This document shows positions 1 to 10,715 of a stretch of DNA of 64,000 nucleotides, piece by piece. The translations under genes and the position numbers were made by a program. The notes under the pieces were generated by a model. The model worked only from the letters and a program-made list of their open reading frames with translations, did not search any database and had not been told where the DNA came from. This stretch comes from Candidatus Bathyarchaeota archaeon (GTDB lineage: Archaea; Thermoproteota; Bathyarchaeia; 40CM-2-53-6; RBG-13-38-9). The stretch's first letter is position 1. The number at the start of each line of letters is the position of its first letter. The stretch is from assembly GCA_963807605.1 (NCBI GenBank), contig CAWECG010000003.1, positions 736,001-800,000 on the forward strand, given 5' to 3'.

Positions 1-230
1 ACAGGTTGGGAAGTATATCCATGTGGCGCCAGTCTGAAGCCCGAAGACGTTCCTCACGGAATCAGATGTGGATTGATTCTGATATACTAAGACTTGAGAT
101 CTTATGAAAACTCGGTTTCTACTTCATCTATAATAGAGACTCCTTGAACTAGACACATTTTGAGAGAACAAAGCGCGCCGTGGATGATCTGAGCATGTAC
201 CAGAGAGGAGTGTATTGGTGTGTGTGAACA

Positions 231-2063
231 ATGAGTGTAGCCGAACCGATTCTCGATTATGTCGAGTCTATCCGAACTGAGGCGTCCATCTCTCGTTCCA
301 CTAATATGTTTAAGAATCTTCTCAGATATCACAAACCATTTATTCCCATCGTAATTGTTATTCTTGTTCTGGCAGCTGTCAGATCATATGCATTCATACT
401 TGAGCCGCTGTATACCGCGGAGATAATTGATGAGGTAATCATTCAAGGCAAAAATGATCTCCTTTTAGGACTCGTATTGAAAATAGTGGCTGCCACAGGA
501 GCTTATGCGGCACTCAACTTTGCAATAACGTATATTCAAGGTTATGTCGCACAACTCATCCTAAGGAACGTAAGATCAGACTATTACGCCTCTTTGCAAT
601 CTAAGTCGTTCAAGTTTTACGATTCTACAGCTGTAGGGGACCTTGTGTCAAGAGCTACGATGGATCTACAGGGTGTAGAAGATTTTCTTAAAACATGGAT
701 GGGAGTCTCAGCACACGCAATTTTCACTGGAATTCTGATGTTTATGGTAATGTACTCTATTAATCCTATAATGGCCCTGATAGCTGCGTTGCCTTTAGTG
801 TTAATTTTCTATTTTCTAGCTCGACTTCAGATCAAGACCATGCCTCTATTCAGGAAAATGAATCTAATTCTAGGCAGGCTTGGTGCCTATGTGCAACAGA
901 ACATTCTTGGAATGAAGGTTGTGCGAATATTCGAGAGAGAGGCAGAGATGGAAAAGGGATTTAGACAGGTTGAAGACCGATTTGTAGACATAGCGATCAC
1001 AGCCGGTAAACTTCAATCTAAATATATGCCGAGCTCCCCCGCCATTCTAACTCTTGGAATAGCACTAGTGTATCTTTACGGTGGTAATCTAATAGCTTCA
1101 CCATCATCTATCTTAACAATAGGAGAGCTGACACTCTTTGCCAGATATATGACGAGATTGACTATTCCACTTCGTGATTTGAGTGTGCTTGTTGGCGTCT
1201 GGGTAAATGCCTCAGCTGGACTAGAAAGAATCTTCGAGATCATGAAACGCCAAATAGAGGTCGAAGACAACCCCAACGCCAAGAACCTCGTCATAACCAT
1301 TGGCAAAGTGGAATTCAGAGATGTAACCTTCGGATATGCAAAGGATAAACCTGTATTGAGAAATGTAAGTTTCACAATTAGTCCAGGCGAGAGAATAGCA
1401 ATTCTCGGCTCCACAGGATCAGGAAAAACATCCCTGATCTATCTTATTCCGAGGTTCTATGATGTTGATTCCGGAAAAATACTGATCGATGATGTAGATG
1501 TCCGAAGTTTCAGACTTTCTTCTTTGAGGAAACAAATAGGCCTAGTGATGCAGAACGTATTCATCTTCACAGGCACTATCAGGAATAATATTGCATTCGG
1601 CAAACCTAATGCATCACTTGACGAGGTCATATCCGCAGCTAAGCTTGCTAAAATGCATGACTTCATAGAGGCACTTCCGGAAGGTTACAACACAATTGTC
1701 GGCGAAAGGGGAATAACACTCTCAGGCGGTCAAAGGCAGAGAATGACTATTGCTAGAACGCTTCTAACGAATCCAAGAATTTTGATTCTTGATGATTCCC
1801 TCTCCTTTGTGGATGCGAGGACTGAGAAGGACATTCAGGAAGCTATAGAGAAAGCCATGGAAGGCAGAACCTGCTTCATGATCGCTCAAAGACTATCAAC
1901 CATAAAGAACGCTGATAGAATAATGTTGCTTGACGAAGGCGAGATTGTTGAATTTGGGACACACCGTGAACTTCTAGCCAAGGGAGGCATATACAAGCGG
2001 ATATACGAGACACAGTTCCTTGAGAAGGACCCTGAACTGACACTTCAGACCGAGGAGAAATAA
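231..2063 (+). CDS. ABC exporter subunit (TMD+NBD), degenerate-site half of a heterodimer
   Basis: N-terminal TM domain, Walker A GSTGSGKT, LSGGQ signature, degenerate Walker B ILILDD and AQR switch. Confidence 0.93.
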   Translation: MSVAEPILDYVESIRTEASISRSTNMFKNLLRYHKPFIPIVIVILVLAAVRSYAFILEPLYTAEIIDEVIIQGKNDLLLGLVLKIVAATGAYAALNFAITYIQGYVAQLILRNVRSDYYASLQSKSFKFYDSTAVGDLVSRATMDLQGVEDFLKTWMGVSAHAIFTGILMFMVMYSINPIMALIAALPLVLIFYFLARLQIKTMPLFRKMNLILGRLGAYVQQNILGMKVVRIFEREAEMEKGFRQVEDRFVDIAITAGKLQSKYMPSSPAILTLGIALVYLYGGNLIASPSSILTIGELTLFARYMTRLTIPLRDLSVLVGVWVNASAGLERIFEIMKRQIEVEDNPNAKNLVITIGKVEFRDVTFGYAKDKPVLRNVSFTISPGERIAILGSTGSGKTSLIYLIPRFYDVDSGKILIDDVDVRSFRLSSLRKQIGLVMQNVFIFTGTIRNNIAFGKPNASLDEVISAAKLAKMHDFIEALPEGYNTIVGERGITLSGGQRQRMTIARTLLTNPRILILDDSLSFVDARTEKDIQEAIEKAMEGRTCFMIAQRLSTIKNADRIMLLDEGEIVEFGTHRELLAKGGIYKRIYETQFLEKDPELTLQTEEK

Positions 2064-3899
2064 ATGTCAAGTCCCTTCGGCGTTTTCTCAACAGCATATG
2101 AGGAATCTAGGAAACGGACGAACTCTGACAGGATTCTCTTAGGCAGAATATACAAATACGCTGGTCCGAACAAGAGAAATCTCCAAGCAGGCGTAACTGC
2201 TATTGTACTCAGTTCAATAACAGGGCTATTCTCACCATATTTGCACATGATCGCCATAGATCAAATAATTCAACCGAAGAATCTTTCAGGGTTCCTTTGG
2301 TGGATTCCTCTTTTCGTGTTCGTGACGATAAGTAGCTATTTGTTTCAGTACCTTCAAGTCTTCCAGATGAGGATTGTCGGAGAAAATGTCGTAGCTAGGA
2401 TGAGGGATGAGATGATGGCCCGACAGCAAGTGATCTCCCTCAGATACTTCTCCGAGGGAGAAATTGGAAGAATTATGTCAAGACTCGTAAATGACGCCAA
2501 TAACGTCAGAATATTTCTACGCATGGGATTGACGAGTATTGTTGTAGATACAGCTTCAATTCTAGGCTCGTTGATCATGATATTCATCCTCAACGTAAAG
2601 CTTGCTTTCATAGCTGTTGGCATTCTTCCAGTCGCAATAGTTGTGGGGTGGTTTTTAGGTAACTACTCAAGAAGAGCCTACAGAAGATCGCTCTCGAGCC
2701 TTGCGGGATTAGCCGGTCGAATACAAGAAAACCTCTCAGGCATGAAAGTGATAAAATCGTTTGCGCGTGAGCAAGAGACAGCAAGAGAATTTGAGAAAGT
2801 TCACAGTCAAACTGTTAAGGCAAACCTTAGAACGGTCAAGATTTCAGCTTCGTATCAACCCGCAGTCCTCTGTATGAGGGTAGTTGGCACCGCACTAATA
2901 CTCTGGTTTGGTGCGATTATGGTCCAAAGCGGAGAGATCAGCTTAGGAACGCTTGTGGCATTTACAGAGTACCAGTTCTTGTACTTCTTGCCATTTATAG
3001 ATCTGACAACGGTCTACGACCAATATCAGTCAGCCATGGCTGCGCTTGAGAGAATGTTCGACTTAATTGATACAGAGGTCGAAGTCAAGGATCCACCTCC
3101 ATCCAAAAAAGTAGAAATCGATACGATAAGGAATATTGGATTCGAGAATGTCACTTTTGGGTATGACCCTAGCAATCCAGTAGTTAGGGAGGTAAGTTTC
3201 ACCCTTGAGGGAGAGAAGAAACTTGCCATAGTTGGACCGACCGGTGCAGGAAAAAGTACAATAATAAATCTTCTGGCAAGATTTTATGATCCGCTTGACG
3301 GGAAAATAACTATCAACGGTGAAGATGCTAGGAATATTGGATTATACAACCTCCGCGAACACATGGGAATAGTTCTTCAAGATTCTTTTCTCTTTCCGAT
3401 AAGTATCAAGAACAATATCAGATTCGGAAGGCCTGACGCATCCGACGATGAAGTGGTCCAAGTAGCCAAGGCCGTTGGTGCACATCAATTCATAATGACG
3501 CTACCGGGAAGCTATGACTATGTAATACAGGAGGAGTCTTCAAACGTCTCGATAGGACAAAGGCAGCTGATAAGCTTCGCTCGGACCCTTTTGATGAATC
3601 CCCAACTCCTTATTCTTGACGAGGCCACCTCAAGTATCGATCCCTACACTGAACTTGTCATACAAAATGCGTTGAGGAGGCTTCTTCAAAACAGGCTGGC
3701 AATAATAATCGCACATAGACTCTCAACAATAAGACTCTGCGATGAAATCATAGTCATAGATGAGGGGAGGATAGTGGAAAGAGGAACGCACGTGGAGCTT
3801 ATGAAGAAGGGGGGGCTGTACAGCTCGTTTTATAGAATGCAGTTTAAAGAGGAGGAGGGCTTCGAAATGTTGGACACCCTTGCACAATCCCGACCGTGA
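2064..3899 (+). CDS. ABC exporter subunit (TMD+NBD), consensus-site half of a heterodimer
   Basis: Walker A GPTGAGKS, LLILDEATS, AHR switch; starts directly after the upstream stop. Confidence 0.93.
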   Translation: MSSPFGVFSTAYEESRKRTNSDRILLGRIYKYAGPNKRNLQAGVTAIVLSSITGLFSPYLHMIAIDQIIQPKNLSGFLWWIPLFVFVTISSYLFQYLQVFQMRIVGENVVARMRDEMMARQQVISLRYFSEGEIGRIMSRLVNDANNVRIFLRMGLTSIVVDTASILGSLIMIFILNVKLAFIAVGILPVAIVVGWFLGNYSRRAYRRSLSSLAGLAGRIQENLSGMKVIKSFAREQETAREFEKVHSQTVKANLRTVKISASYQPAVLCMRVVGTALILWFGAIMVQSGEISLGTLVAFTEYQFLYFLPFIDLTTVYDQYQSAMAALERMFDLIDTEVEVKDPPPSKKVEIDTIRNIGFENVTFGYDPSNPVVREVSFTLEGEKKLAIVGPTGAGKSTIINLLARFYDPLDGKITINGEDARNIGLYNLREHMGIVLQDSFLFPISIKNNIRFGRPDASDDEVVQVAKAVGAHQFIMTLPGSYDYVIQEESSNVSIGQRQLISFARTLLMNPQLLILDEATSSIDPYTELVIQNALRRLLQNRLAIIIAHRLSTIRLCDEIIVIDEGRIVERGTHVELMKKGGLYSSFYRMQFKEEEGFEMLDTLAQSRP

Positions 3900-4161
3900 T
3901 CTACGTAGGAGTGCACACTATTCGATTGTAAAGTCGCGTTATACGACGGTTTCGCGCGCTTCACTTCCGCTTGTAGTGTTGATTACCTGAGATGGAGACG
4001 ATTGATCAGTTGGCCTCCGCTTTTTCTTAAGGACGAAAACCCCGGCGAGCGCGCGCTAAAGTAATAGGACCTTACCATTACTTGATCACCGCCAAGTTAT
4101 AGCTTGAAGTTGGAAAGAAGGGCATGTGACGAAGACCGGATACTGCAGTCAATGTTTGCGA

Positions 4162-4644
4162 TCAAATATCTTTATACATTACGACCATGTGCCTGCCCGG
4201 ACCGTTGTAGTCCTTCACGGCTTTGACGCCGTCTAGATCTATCAGATCTCCCTCTTCAGAGAGTTTGAAACCTAGATTATGATGAAAGCTTAATGAATGC
4301 TTGTTTATGGGGTTAATTATCAAGCAAGCCTTGCGACAGCCCATTTTACTCACAACTTCAAAGAATCTGTTGTAGAGGTCTGTCGCAATCTTCCTTCTCC
4401 TCATCTCAGGAATGACGCATACGTCGTGTAGGTATGCTATGGCGGAGTCCAGCTGTGAGACCCATCCAAGAAGAAAGCCCACAATCTTGTCCTCATCTTC
4501 CGCTATCAGACAAGTATTGGCGAAATATCTTGTGAGGTCATGGTAGATGGAATCTCTTTCAACAGGCATTGGTGCACAGCTGGCTGCGATGCCCATTATT
4601 TCCAGAAAGTCTTCCTCTCGCACGCTTCTAATTCTTATCGTCAC
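4162..4644 (-). CDS. GNAT family N-acetyltransferase
   Basis: V.PEMRRRKIA acetyl-CoA motif, N..S..FH..LGF, C-terminal DYNGPG. Confidence 0.85.
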   Translation of the reverse strand: MTIRIRSVREEDFLEIMGIAASCAPMPVERDSIYHDLTRYFANTCLIAEDEDKIVGFLLGWVSQLDSAIAYLHDVCVIPEMRRRKIATDLYNRFFEVVSKMGCRKACLIINPINKHSLSFHHNLGFKLSEEGDLIDLDGVKAVKDYNGPGRHMVVMYKDI

Positions 4645-4782
4645 CAGGGAGAACCTCCAAACTATTGCACAGATAATTAGCCGGTCTCTACTCTAAACTG
4701 ACTCGTAAAAAGAAGTAAGAGACACGTTTTCTTTAGGCTTTCTACTTTCTAGGCGCGCTAGCTATCGCTTATAGCCGACAAT

Positions 4783-4965
4783 TCAGAATAACATGAAGAA
4801 TAGTGCCGAAAAAACTAAGGAAATGATAGCCGTAAAACCTGTACTGAAAGAGTTTACAAACTCGTTATTCAGCGCGCGCGCTTTCCTCAAAAACTCAGCC
4901 ACACCGATCACAAGAAAAACATAAAAAGTTAACGCGATGCCCAGAATATCTCCCAGATAATCCAT
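4783..4965 (-). pseudogene. Internally deleted membrane protein: phytol/dolichol-kinase-like N-terminus joined to a DUF92-like C-terminus
   Basis: N-term ..VIGVAEFLRK and C-term LNNEFVNSFST.. joined through an AGCGCGCGCGCT run at 4871-4882. Confidence 0.55.
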
Positions 4966-5079
4966 GCGATACGACCCCTTTTCTTGTCAAGAAAAGCATG
5001 ATCTAGGATCTTACATTAATGTCAAACCCTGCTCACTCTTTGGTGATCTCGCTGTTGACGCCCTGATAATGGAGGCTTC

Positions 5080-5676
5080 TTATTTTAGGTAGAGTTGTAT
5101 TTGCAAAAGCGTTAATCCAACAGTTAGTAGCGCGCCTGCTGCCACCTGGTTCAGGTCGTGTGCTCCGAGTTTGAGCCTAGCCCAGCCGATAGGAAAAATC
5201 AGCGCAAAAAATGGAACCATTATTGCTCCGAGCTGGAGGAGTAGAAAGGTAGCTGGACCTGTCAGTCCTGAAGCGTGTATACTTATCTTCCATGTCTGGC
5301 TTATCATCATCATAACAATAGAGTTGACTATGTAACATGCCATCAGAGCAATCAAGCTTTGGGGCGCTTGGACGATTACGAGAATGATTATACCTGCAAC
5401 GCAGCTGGCGATTGCTGCGATGAACGGTTTTGTACGTGTTCTTCTGTCCGACGCATACATATCCGGAATAATGCCTCTCTTCACCATAAGGCGGATCATG
5501 ACAAGTGGGAAAAAGCATGCAAACACTGAGGTTATGACTAGCAGCAATAACGTCGAGGAGGGGTGGATGGAGAGGATGAGAATTGTAAATGCGTACAATG
5601 CGGTGAAGGGCGCGTTGAAGACTGCCGATATTGCTTCAGCAATTCTCACTTGTGTATCCTTCAGATCGATCCACAC
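5080..5676 (-). CDS. PAP2-like membrane phosphoesterase
   Basis: WKISIHASG and WARLKLGAH..QV motifs, multiple TM segments. Confidence 0.75.
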   Translation of the reverse strand: MWIDLKDTQVRIAEAISAVFNAPFTALYAFTILILSIHPSSTLLLLVITSVFACFFPLVMIRLMVKRGIIPDMYASDRRTRTKPFIAAIASCVAGIIILVIVQAPQSLIALMACYIVNSIVMMMISQTWKISIHASGLTGPATFLLLQLGAIMVPFFALIFPIGWARLKLGAHDLNQVAAGALLTVGLTLLQIQLYLK

Positions 5677-5820
5677 GCATTGCAGTATGTCCTTTGAACC
5701 GGATATGGTTCGAGGCTTTTCTCTCTTTCTTCAAGACTGTTTTAATCTGCTACGAAGACAGACTTAGCTCTAGATTCCTCAGACCATGATAGTAGTGAGG
5801 TGGGCTAAATGCACGCGCTT

Positions 5821-7185
5821 TCATAGTCTGCTTGGGGCAGGGGATATGAATCCCTCTTTCTCCAGTACTTTCAATGACTTCTGATATTTGGATATCCGAC
5901 GCTCGGCGCTTTCTCTCAAAGCCTCGAAGCCTAGTTTCACTCTGGCTAGTCCAGTGTCCACTGCGGCTTTTCCTACGGCAGCCGCCACTCTTGGATACAG
6001 GGCTGAGTTCGCCATTGAAGGTATGATAATGTCCTCTCTTAGGCCCTGCTCTTTAGCACATTTCGCTATTTCATGAGCCGCTGAGAGCATCATAGCTGTG
6101 TTTATGCCTCTTGCTCTTACATCAAGGATGCCCCGAAAGACCCCTGGAAAGGCTATTGAGTTGTTGACTTGGTTAGGATAGTCTGGTCGTCCTGTGGCAA
6201 CTATCTTAGCTCCAGCTTTCGTTGCTTCTTCTGGAAGTATTTCTGGTACTGGATTGGCCAAGGCGAAGACTACCGGTTTATCGGCCATCATTGAGATCAT
6301 GTCTCCAGTTATCACTCCTGGTCCGGGTTGGGATAGACCGATAACTACATCCGCCCCCTTGAAGGCATCGTGAATTCCACCCTTGACTCCTTTCTTGTTT
6401 GTTATCTTAGCCATTTGAGCCTTGTATTTGTCCAGATCTCCTCTCTCATCATAGATGACCCCCTTGCTATCTACCATAAGGATATTTTCAGACTTGACTC
6501 CGGCTTCGATCAGTAACCTTGTTACGCCTATGGCTGCGGTGCCAGCGCCAATGACAGTGACGCGAAGTGCACTCAGCTTCTTTCCTACAACTTCTAGTGC
6601 ATTCAGTAGACCCGCAAGGACGACTATGGCTGTTCCCTGATAGTCGTCGTAAAACACGGGGGTTTCCAGTTCCTTCGTTAGTCTTTCAAATATGTAGAAG
6701 GACTTTGGGGCATCTATATCCTCTAGGTTGATTCCGCCGAATGATGGTGCAATCCATTTAGTCGCCTGCACTATCTCATCCGGGTCCTGTGTTGAGAGGC
6801 ATATCGGGAAGGCGTCAACATCGCCTAGGTATTTGAAGATAAGAGCCTTGCCCTCCATCACCGGTAGCCCAGCCCTTCCAATGTTACCGAGTCCCATAAC
6901 TCTCGAACCATCTGTGACGATAGCGACCATGTTCCCTACGTTAGTGTACTCGAAAACTTTCTCCGGATCCTTTTCAATCTCTTTGCAGGGATCAGCTACC
7001 CCCGGGGTATACCACACTGCAAAGTCTTCAAAAGACTTGACTGGAACTTTGGATGTTATAGCCAGCTTTCCTCGGTAGAACTTATGCCACTCATTCGCTA
7101 TCTTTCCATAGGGTTTGGACATTGCCTCTTTCATCAAGATGTGATACTGTGCCCCTTGATATCTTTCTTCTGGACACACTGACAT
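5821..7185 (-). CDS. NAD(P)-dependent malic enzyme
   Basis: YTPGVA, VMEGKA, GGINLEDI, GAGTA, ALANPVPEI, PNQVNN motifs; true start may be slightly downstream. Confidence 0.93.
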   Translation of the reverse strand: MSVCPEERYQGAQYHILMKEAMSKPYGKIANEWHKFYRGKLAITSKVPVKSFEDFAVWYTPGVADPCKEIEKDPEKVFEYTNVGNMVAIVTDGSRVMGLGNIGRAGLPVMEGKALIFKYLGDVDAFPICLSTQDPDEIVQATKWIAPSFGGINLEDIDAPKSFYIFERLTKELETPVFYDDYQGTAIVVLAGLLNALEVVGKKLSALRVTVIGAGTAAIGVTRLLIEAGVKSENILMVDSKGVIYDERGDLDKYKAQMAKITNKKGVKGGIHDAFKGADVVIGLSQPGPGVITGDMISMMADKPVVFALANPVPEILPEEATKAGAKIVATGRPDYPNQVNNSIAFPGVFRGILDVRARGINTAMMLSAAHEIAKCAKEQGLREDIIIPSMANSALYPRVAAAVGKAAVDTGLARVKLGFEALRESAERRISKYQKSLKVLEKEGFISPAPSRL

Positions 7186-7319
7186 TGGCCGTTGGGATCT
7201 CTGTCATCAGATTCACGTCATTCGACGAGACACAAGATCCGCCGTAGGGGAAAAGACGCAAAAGTGAAGTCTTCAAGCCATTATTGCTTGGTTTGGATGA
7301 TTATGCACGGCGCGTTCTT

Positions 7320-7454
7320 ATGAAGCCTGAAGAAAAAGAAAGATCCCCCATCTGTAAATGTGCAAATTGCGGTCAAATAATCGAATTCTGCACTAGGGAC
7401 AATCCCTGCCCGATTTGTGGTAGCTCTTCATTCACAGTTGAATACAGCAAATAA
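7320..7454 (+). CDS. 44-aa zinc-ribbon microprotein (below the ORF-track cutoff)
   Basis: Manual translation MKPEEKERSPICKCANCGQIIEFCTRDNPCPICGSSSFTVEYSK; two CxxC pairs. Confidence 0.65.
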   Translation: MKPEEKERSPICKCANCGQIIEFCTRDNPCPICGSSSFTVEYSK

Positions 7455-7550
7455 CAGATAATTCAGCTAAAATCCTTGTTCATAGTTCGCCAGAATCTCC
7501 ACGAAGAGCCGTAGCCCTCGATCTCACGGGCTAGCATGATCATTGTGGAG

Positions 7551-8060
7551 TCAGTTTGCTCTGAGCTCCTTGAATGCTAATTCGACAGCTTCTGTAACGG
7601 AATCCGCTGATAGAATCTCGTCCCCATCAATTACTGCCCCTGCCATCCTCTCAGCAATGCCTCCTGAGGATCTTAACGCGATAACCTTCTTGCCAGCCTT
7701 CAGTGCTAACCCAATCTCTGACAGGGTCCCAGCGCCTCCGTGTACTGCAATCACCACGTTAGCAGACCTGACGTTTATCGCGTTTCTTGCGTCTCCCATA
7801 CCGGTTACTACGAAAATGTCAAGGTATGGGTTAGCGTCTTTCTCAGACCCAGGGAGGATCCCAACTGTAAGGCCCTTGCTATCTTTTGCCCCCTTGCAAA
7901 CGGCCTCCATGACGCCACCTCTGCCGCCAGTGATGAGGACGGCTCCCCCACTTGCTATGGCCCGCCCTAATTCCTCAGCCATCTCATAGACTCTTGAGGG
8001 AATTTTACCGCTACTCCCAATAACGGCAATCTGCTTCATTTCTACGGCCTCTTCATCCAC
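7551..8060 (-). CDS. TIGR00725 / LOG-family Rossmann-fold nucleotide-binding protein
   Basis: GGRGGVMEA, GLTVGILP, GMGDARN, GGAGTLSE. Confidence 0.9.
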   Translation of the reverse strand: MDEEAVEMKQIAVIGSSGKIPSRVYEMAEELGRAIASGGAVLITGGRGGVMEAVCKGAKDSKGLTVGILPGSEKDANPYLDIFVVTGMGDARNAINVRSANVVIAVHGGAGTLSEIGLALKAGKKVIALRSSGGIAERMAGAVIDGDEILSADSVTEAVELAFKELRAN

Positions 8061-8295
8061 CTGTCTAGTTCTTGCTGACTTACTAGCTGCAATAGGAATA
8101 TAGGACTATTATCGGCTGAAAATTAAACCGTGAAATCATGAAATAGTAAAGTCTTCAAGTCATACACGCGAGTTACTGCCAGAATAATTACCCAAGATCT
8201 CTTCTTCGTCCTTATGTTTAGTCACTCGTTACGCCCCGACCTATTTGTGCGTGCATGCATGCTCAACCTTTTAGTCTCCGTAATTTTAAGTAAGC

Positions 8296-9606
8296 TTGGT
8301 GCTTAGAGTGCTCAGGCAGCGGTCTTCCGTGTTTTCTCTTGAGCTTTTTTCTCGTTGCGGGTGCCTCACTCTAGCTCTTATGCTCTTGATTGCGGCATCT
8401 TCTCCTCAAGGTTTTGCTCAAAACATATCGAACAAAGTGGTTGTTGTGAATTTCTCCTATAACGTTGACCCTGGAACGACATCTCTTGTAAACAGAGTTG
8501 TGAAGTTGGCTGAAAGTGAACGCGTCTCAGCCATAGTCATACAGATTAACACTCCCGGGGGCCTGCTGAAGGACACCCTCTCCATCATTTCCAGTATTAG
8601 TCAAGCAAACGAATCAGGTGTGCCCACCTACGCCTATGTTCCACCAAATTCTTTGGCCGCCTCTGCCGGTAGCTACATTGCCCAAGCGACCAACCGGATA
8701 ATCATGGGTGAGGGTTCAGTAATAGGTCCGTCAACCGCGATAGTCGTCGGCGGATCCCCTCTTGAGCAGAACCATACCGAAGCAGCTGCACTCAAACTGA
8801 TGGTAAGCTTAGCGACAAGATGGGGTAGAAATGCGACAAGCGCTTACAACATGGTCTACTCAGACCAAGCCTACTCGGCAGAAGAAGCCTACCGCAACCA
8901 TCTTGTTAATGGTATTGCTAACTCCTTGACTGAAGCTCTTGACAAGCTAGGGCTTTCAGGTAAAGAAGTTGTCATTGTGGAAGAGAATGCTTACGAGCAA
9001 TTCCTTAGCGCGGTCAGCAACCCCATCCTAGCTGGAATACTTGTAATGCTCGGAGTACTCGCCATAGTTATAGATCTCTATCATCCTACTGTACTTCTTA
9101 CAGTTGCAGGAGTCCTCTCCCTTGTTGCAGGACTGGTAGGGGTAGAAGTAGTTGGGGCTTCAATCTTGGGCTTCTTGATAATAGTGATAGGCGCAGCGAT
9201 GTTACTTCTAGAACTCAAATTAGGACACGGATTTATGATGATGATTGGAGTCTTAGCTGGAACAATAGGCGTTTACCTACTAGCCCAGGGGCTTTACTAT
9301 TATGGTTCTTCACCTATCAATCTCTGGGCTCAGACAGAACTCTTCAGCTTAGTTCTTGCGGGTATATTGGGCGGATTGTATATGAAGTGGATAATTGGTC
9401 CACTCAGGCGTAGACCAGCTCTGGTAGGTCCGGAGTCATTAGTAGGGAAAACCAGCATCGCTGTGACGAATCTCTCACCAGAGGGCGAGGTCAGGGTTGA
9501 TGGCATAATCTGGCGGGCAAGAAGTATCTCTGGTAACGTGGTTGCGGGAGAGAGCGTGAAAGTCAGATCTAGGGAGGGATTGGTTCTCTTGGTGGAAAAG
9601 AAATGA
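8296..9606 (+). CDS. nfeD: NfeD family membrane-bound serine protease (long form)
   Basis: NTPGG, AASAG, TM bundle, C-terminal OB fold (PEGEVRVDGIIWRA); adjacent to an SPFH gene. Confidence 0.9.
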   Translation: MVLRVLRQRSSVFSLELFSRCGCLTLALMLLIAASSPQGFAQNISNKVVVVNFSYNVDPGTTSLVNRVVKLAESERVSAIVIQINTPGGLLKDTLSIISSISQANESGVPTYAYVPPNSLAASAGSYIAQATNRIIMGEGSVIGPSTAIVVGGSPLEQNHTEAAALKLMVSLATRWGRNATSAYNMVYSDQAYSAEEAYRNHLVNGIANSLTEALDKLGLSGKEVVIVEENAYEQFLSAVSNPILAGILVMLGVLAIVIDLYHPTVLLTVAGVLSLVAGLVGVEVVGASILGFLIIVIGAAMLLLELKLGHGFMMMIGVLAGTIGVYLLAQGLYYYGSSPINLWAQTELFSLVLAGILGGLYMKWIIGPLRRRPALVGPESLVGKTSIAVTNLSPEGEVRVDGIIWRARSISGNVVAGESVKVRSREGLVLLVEKK

Positions 9607-9656
9607 CGTTAGGGTTCGAGAACCCTAATAAGAAAACAAGTTCCTATTGAGATGTA

Positions 9657-10517
9657 GTGGTGAGGTATTCTTTGGATCCAATTGTGGCTGTTGAAGCTTT
9701 CGTCGCGTTGGTCGTACTAGTCATCCTATTAAGTGGAATTAGAATTCTGAAGGAATGGCAAAGGGCACCAGTCCTTACACTCGGAAGATACCGAGGGCTC
9801 AAGGGACCGGGAGTAGTCTACATTGCGCCTTTCATAAGCAAAATTCCCGCCATAATATCGACCCGCCTTCAAGTGATGTCCTTCAAGACAGAGCAGACCC
9901 TGACTAAGGATAATGTTCCGGTGGTGGTTGACTCCGTCATGTACTTTCAACCCACTGATATTGAAAAGATTGTTCTGAGCGTGGAGGACTATTTTATGGC
10001 AACTCAGTTGGCAGCACAGACTACTCTTCGAGAAGTTATTGGTCAGACAACCTTCGACGAATTGTTAATAGAACGCGAGAAGGTAGGCGTAATTGCACGG
10101 GGGATAATCGACAGCAAGACAGAAGCATGGGGAGTCAAGGTAACATCTGTGGAGATCAAAGATGTTGCGATTCCACCAAGCCTACAAGACGCAATGTCAA
10201 GACAAGCCCAAGCTGAACGCGAAAGACGTGCAAGAGTAACACTCGCGCTTGCTGAATTCGAAGCCGCCCAGAAAATGGTCGATGCAGCGAATCTCTACAA
10301 AGATAACAACAGAGCTTTCGAGCTTCGATGGATGAATATAATATACGAGCTGGGGCTTCAAGGACGCAACACTATCATGTTGATACCGTCAAATATTCCC
10401 ACGGCAGGAGCAAGCATAGCTCCTAGGATCCCTCCTGTCGGAGTGTACGGCATCAAAGACTTGGCAAATAAGGGCAAATCCTCTTCAGACAACCCAGAAG
10501 ACAACGAAAAACAATGA
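9657..10517 (+). CDS. SPFH/band-7 stomatin-like protein
   Basis: TKDNV, AQTTLR, WGVKV..VEIKD, QAQAERERRA. Confidence 0.93.
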   Translation: MVRYSLDPIVAVEAFVALVVLVILLSGIRILKEWQRAPVLTLGRYRGLKGPGVVYIAPFISKIPAIISTRLQVMSFKTEQTLTKDNVPVVVDSVMYFQPTDIEKIVLSVEDYFMATQLAAQTTLREVIGQTTFDELLIEREKVGVIARGIIDSKTEAWGVKVTSVEIKDVAIPPSLQDAMSRQAQAERERRARVTLALAEFEAAQKMVDAANLYKDNNRAFELRWMNIIYELGLQGRNTIMLIPSNIPTAGASIAPRIPPVGVYGIKDLANKGKSSSDNPEDNEKQ

Positions 10518-10715
10518 CAAGGAAGAGTGATCGCTTCATTTCCACGTGTGTGCAGGCCGTACAGAAGAAAGAGATTATGTCAGGAAGATCATCAGTCTGA
10601 AAGATCGCTAGTCCCGCATGTGCCACCAACAATAATACGTGCCCGTGCAGTAACTGTTTCAGTGAGTGGGTCTGCATATAAGCGATGCCCACCTGATACT
10701 TTCAGGTAGAGAAAA

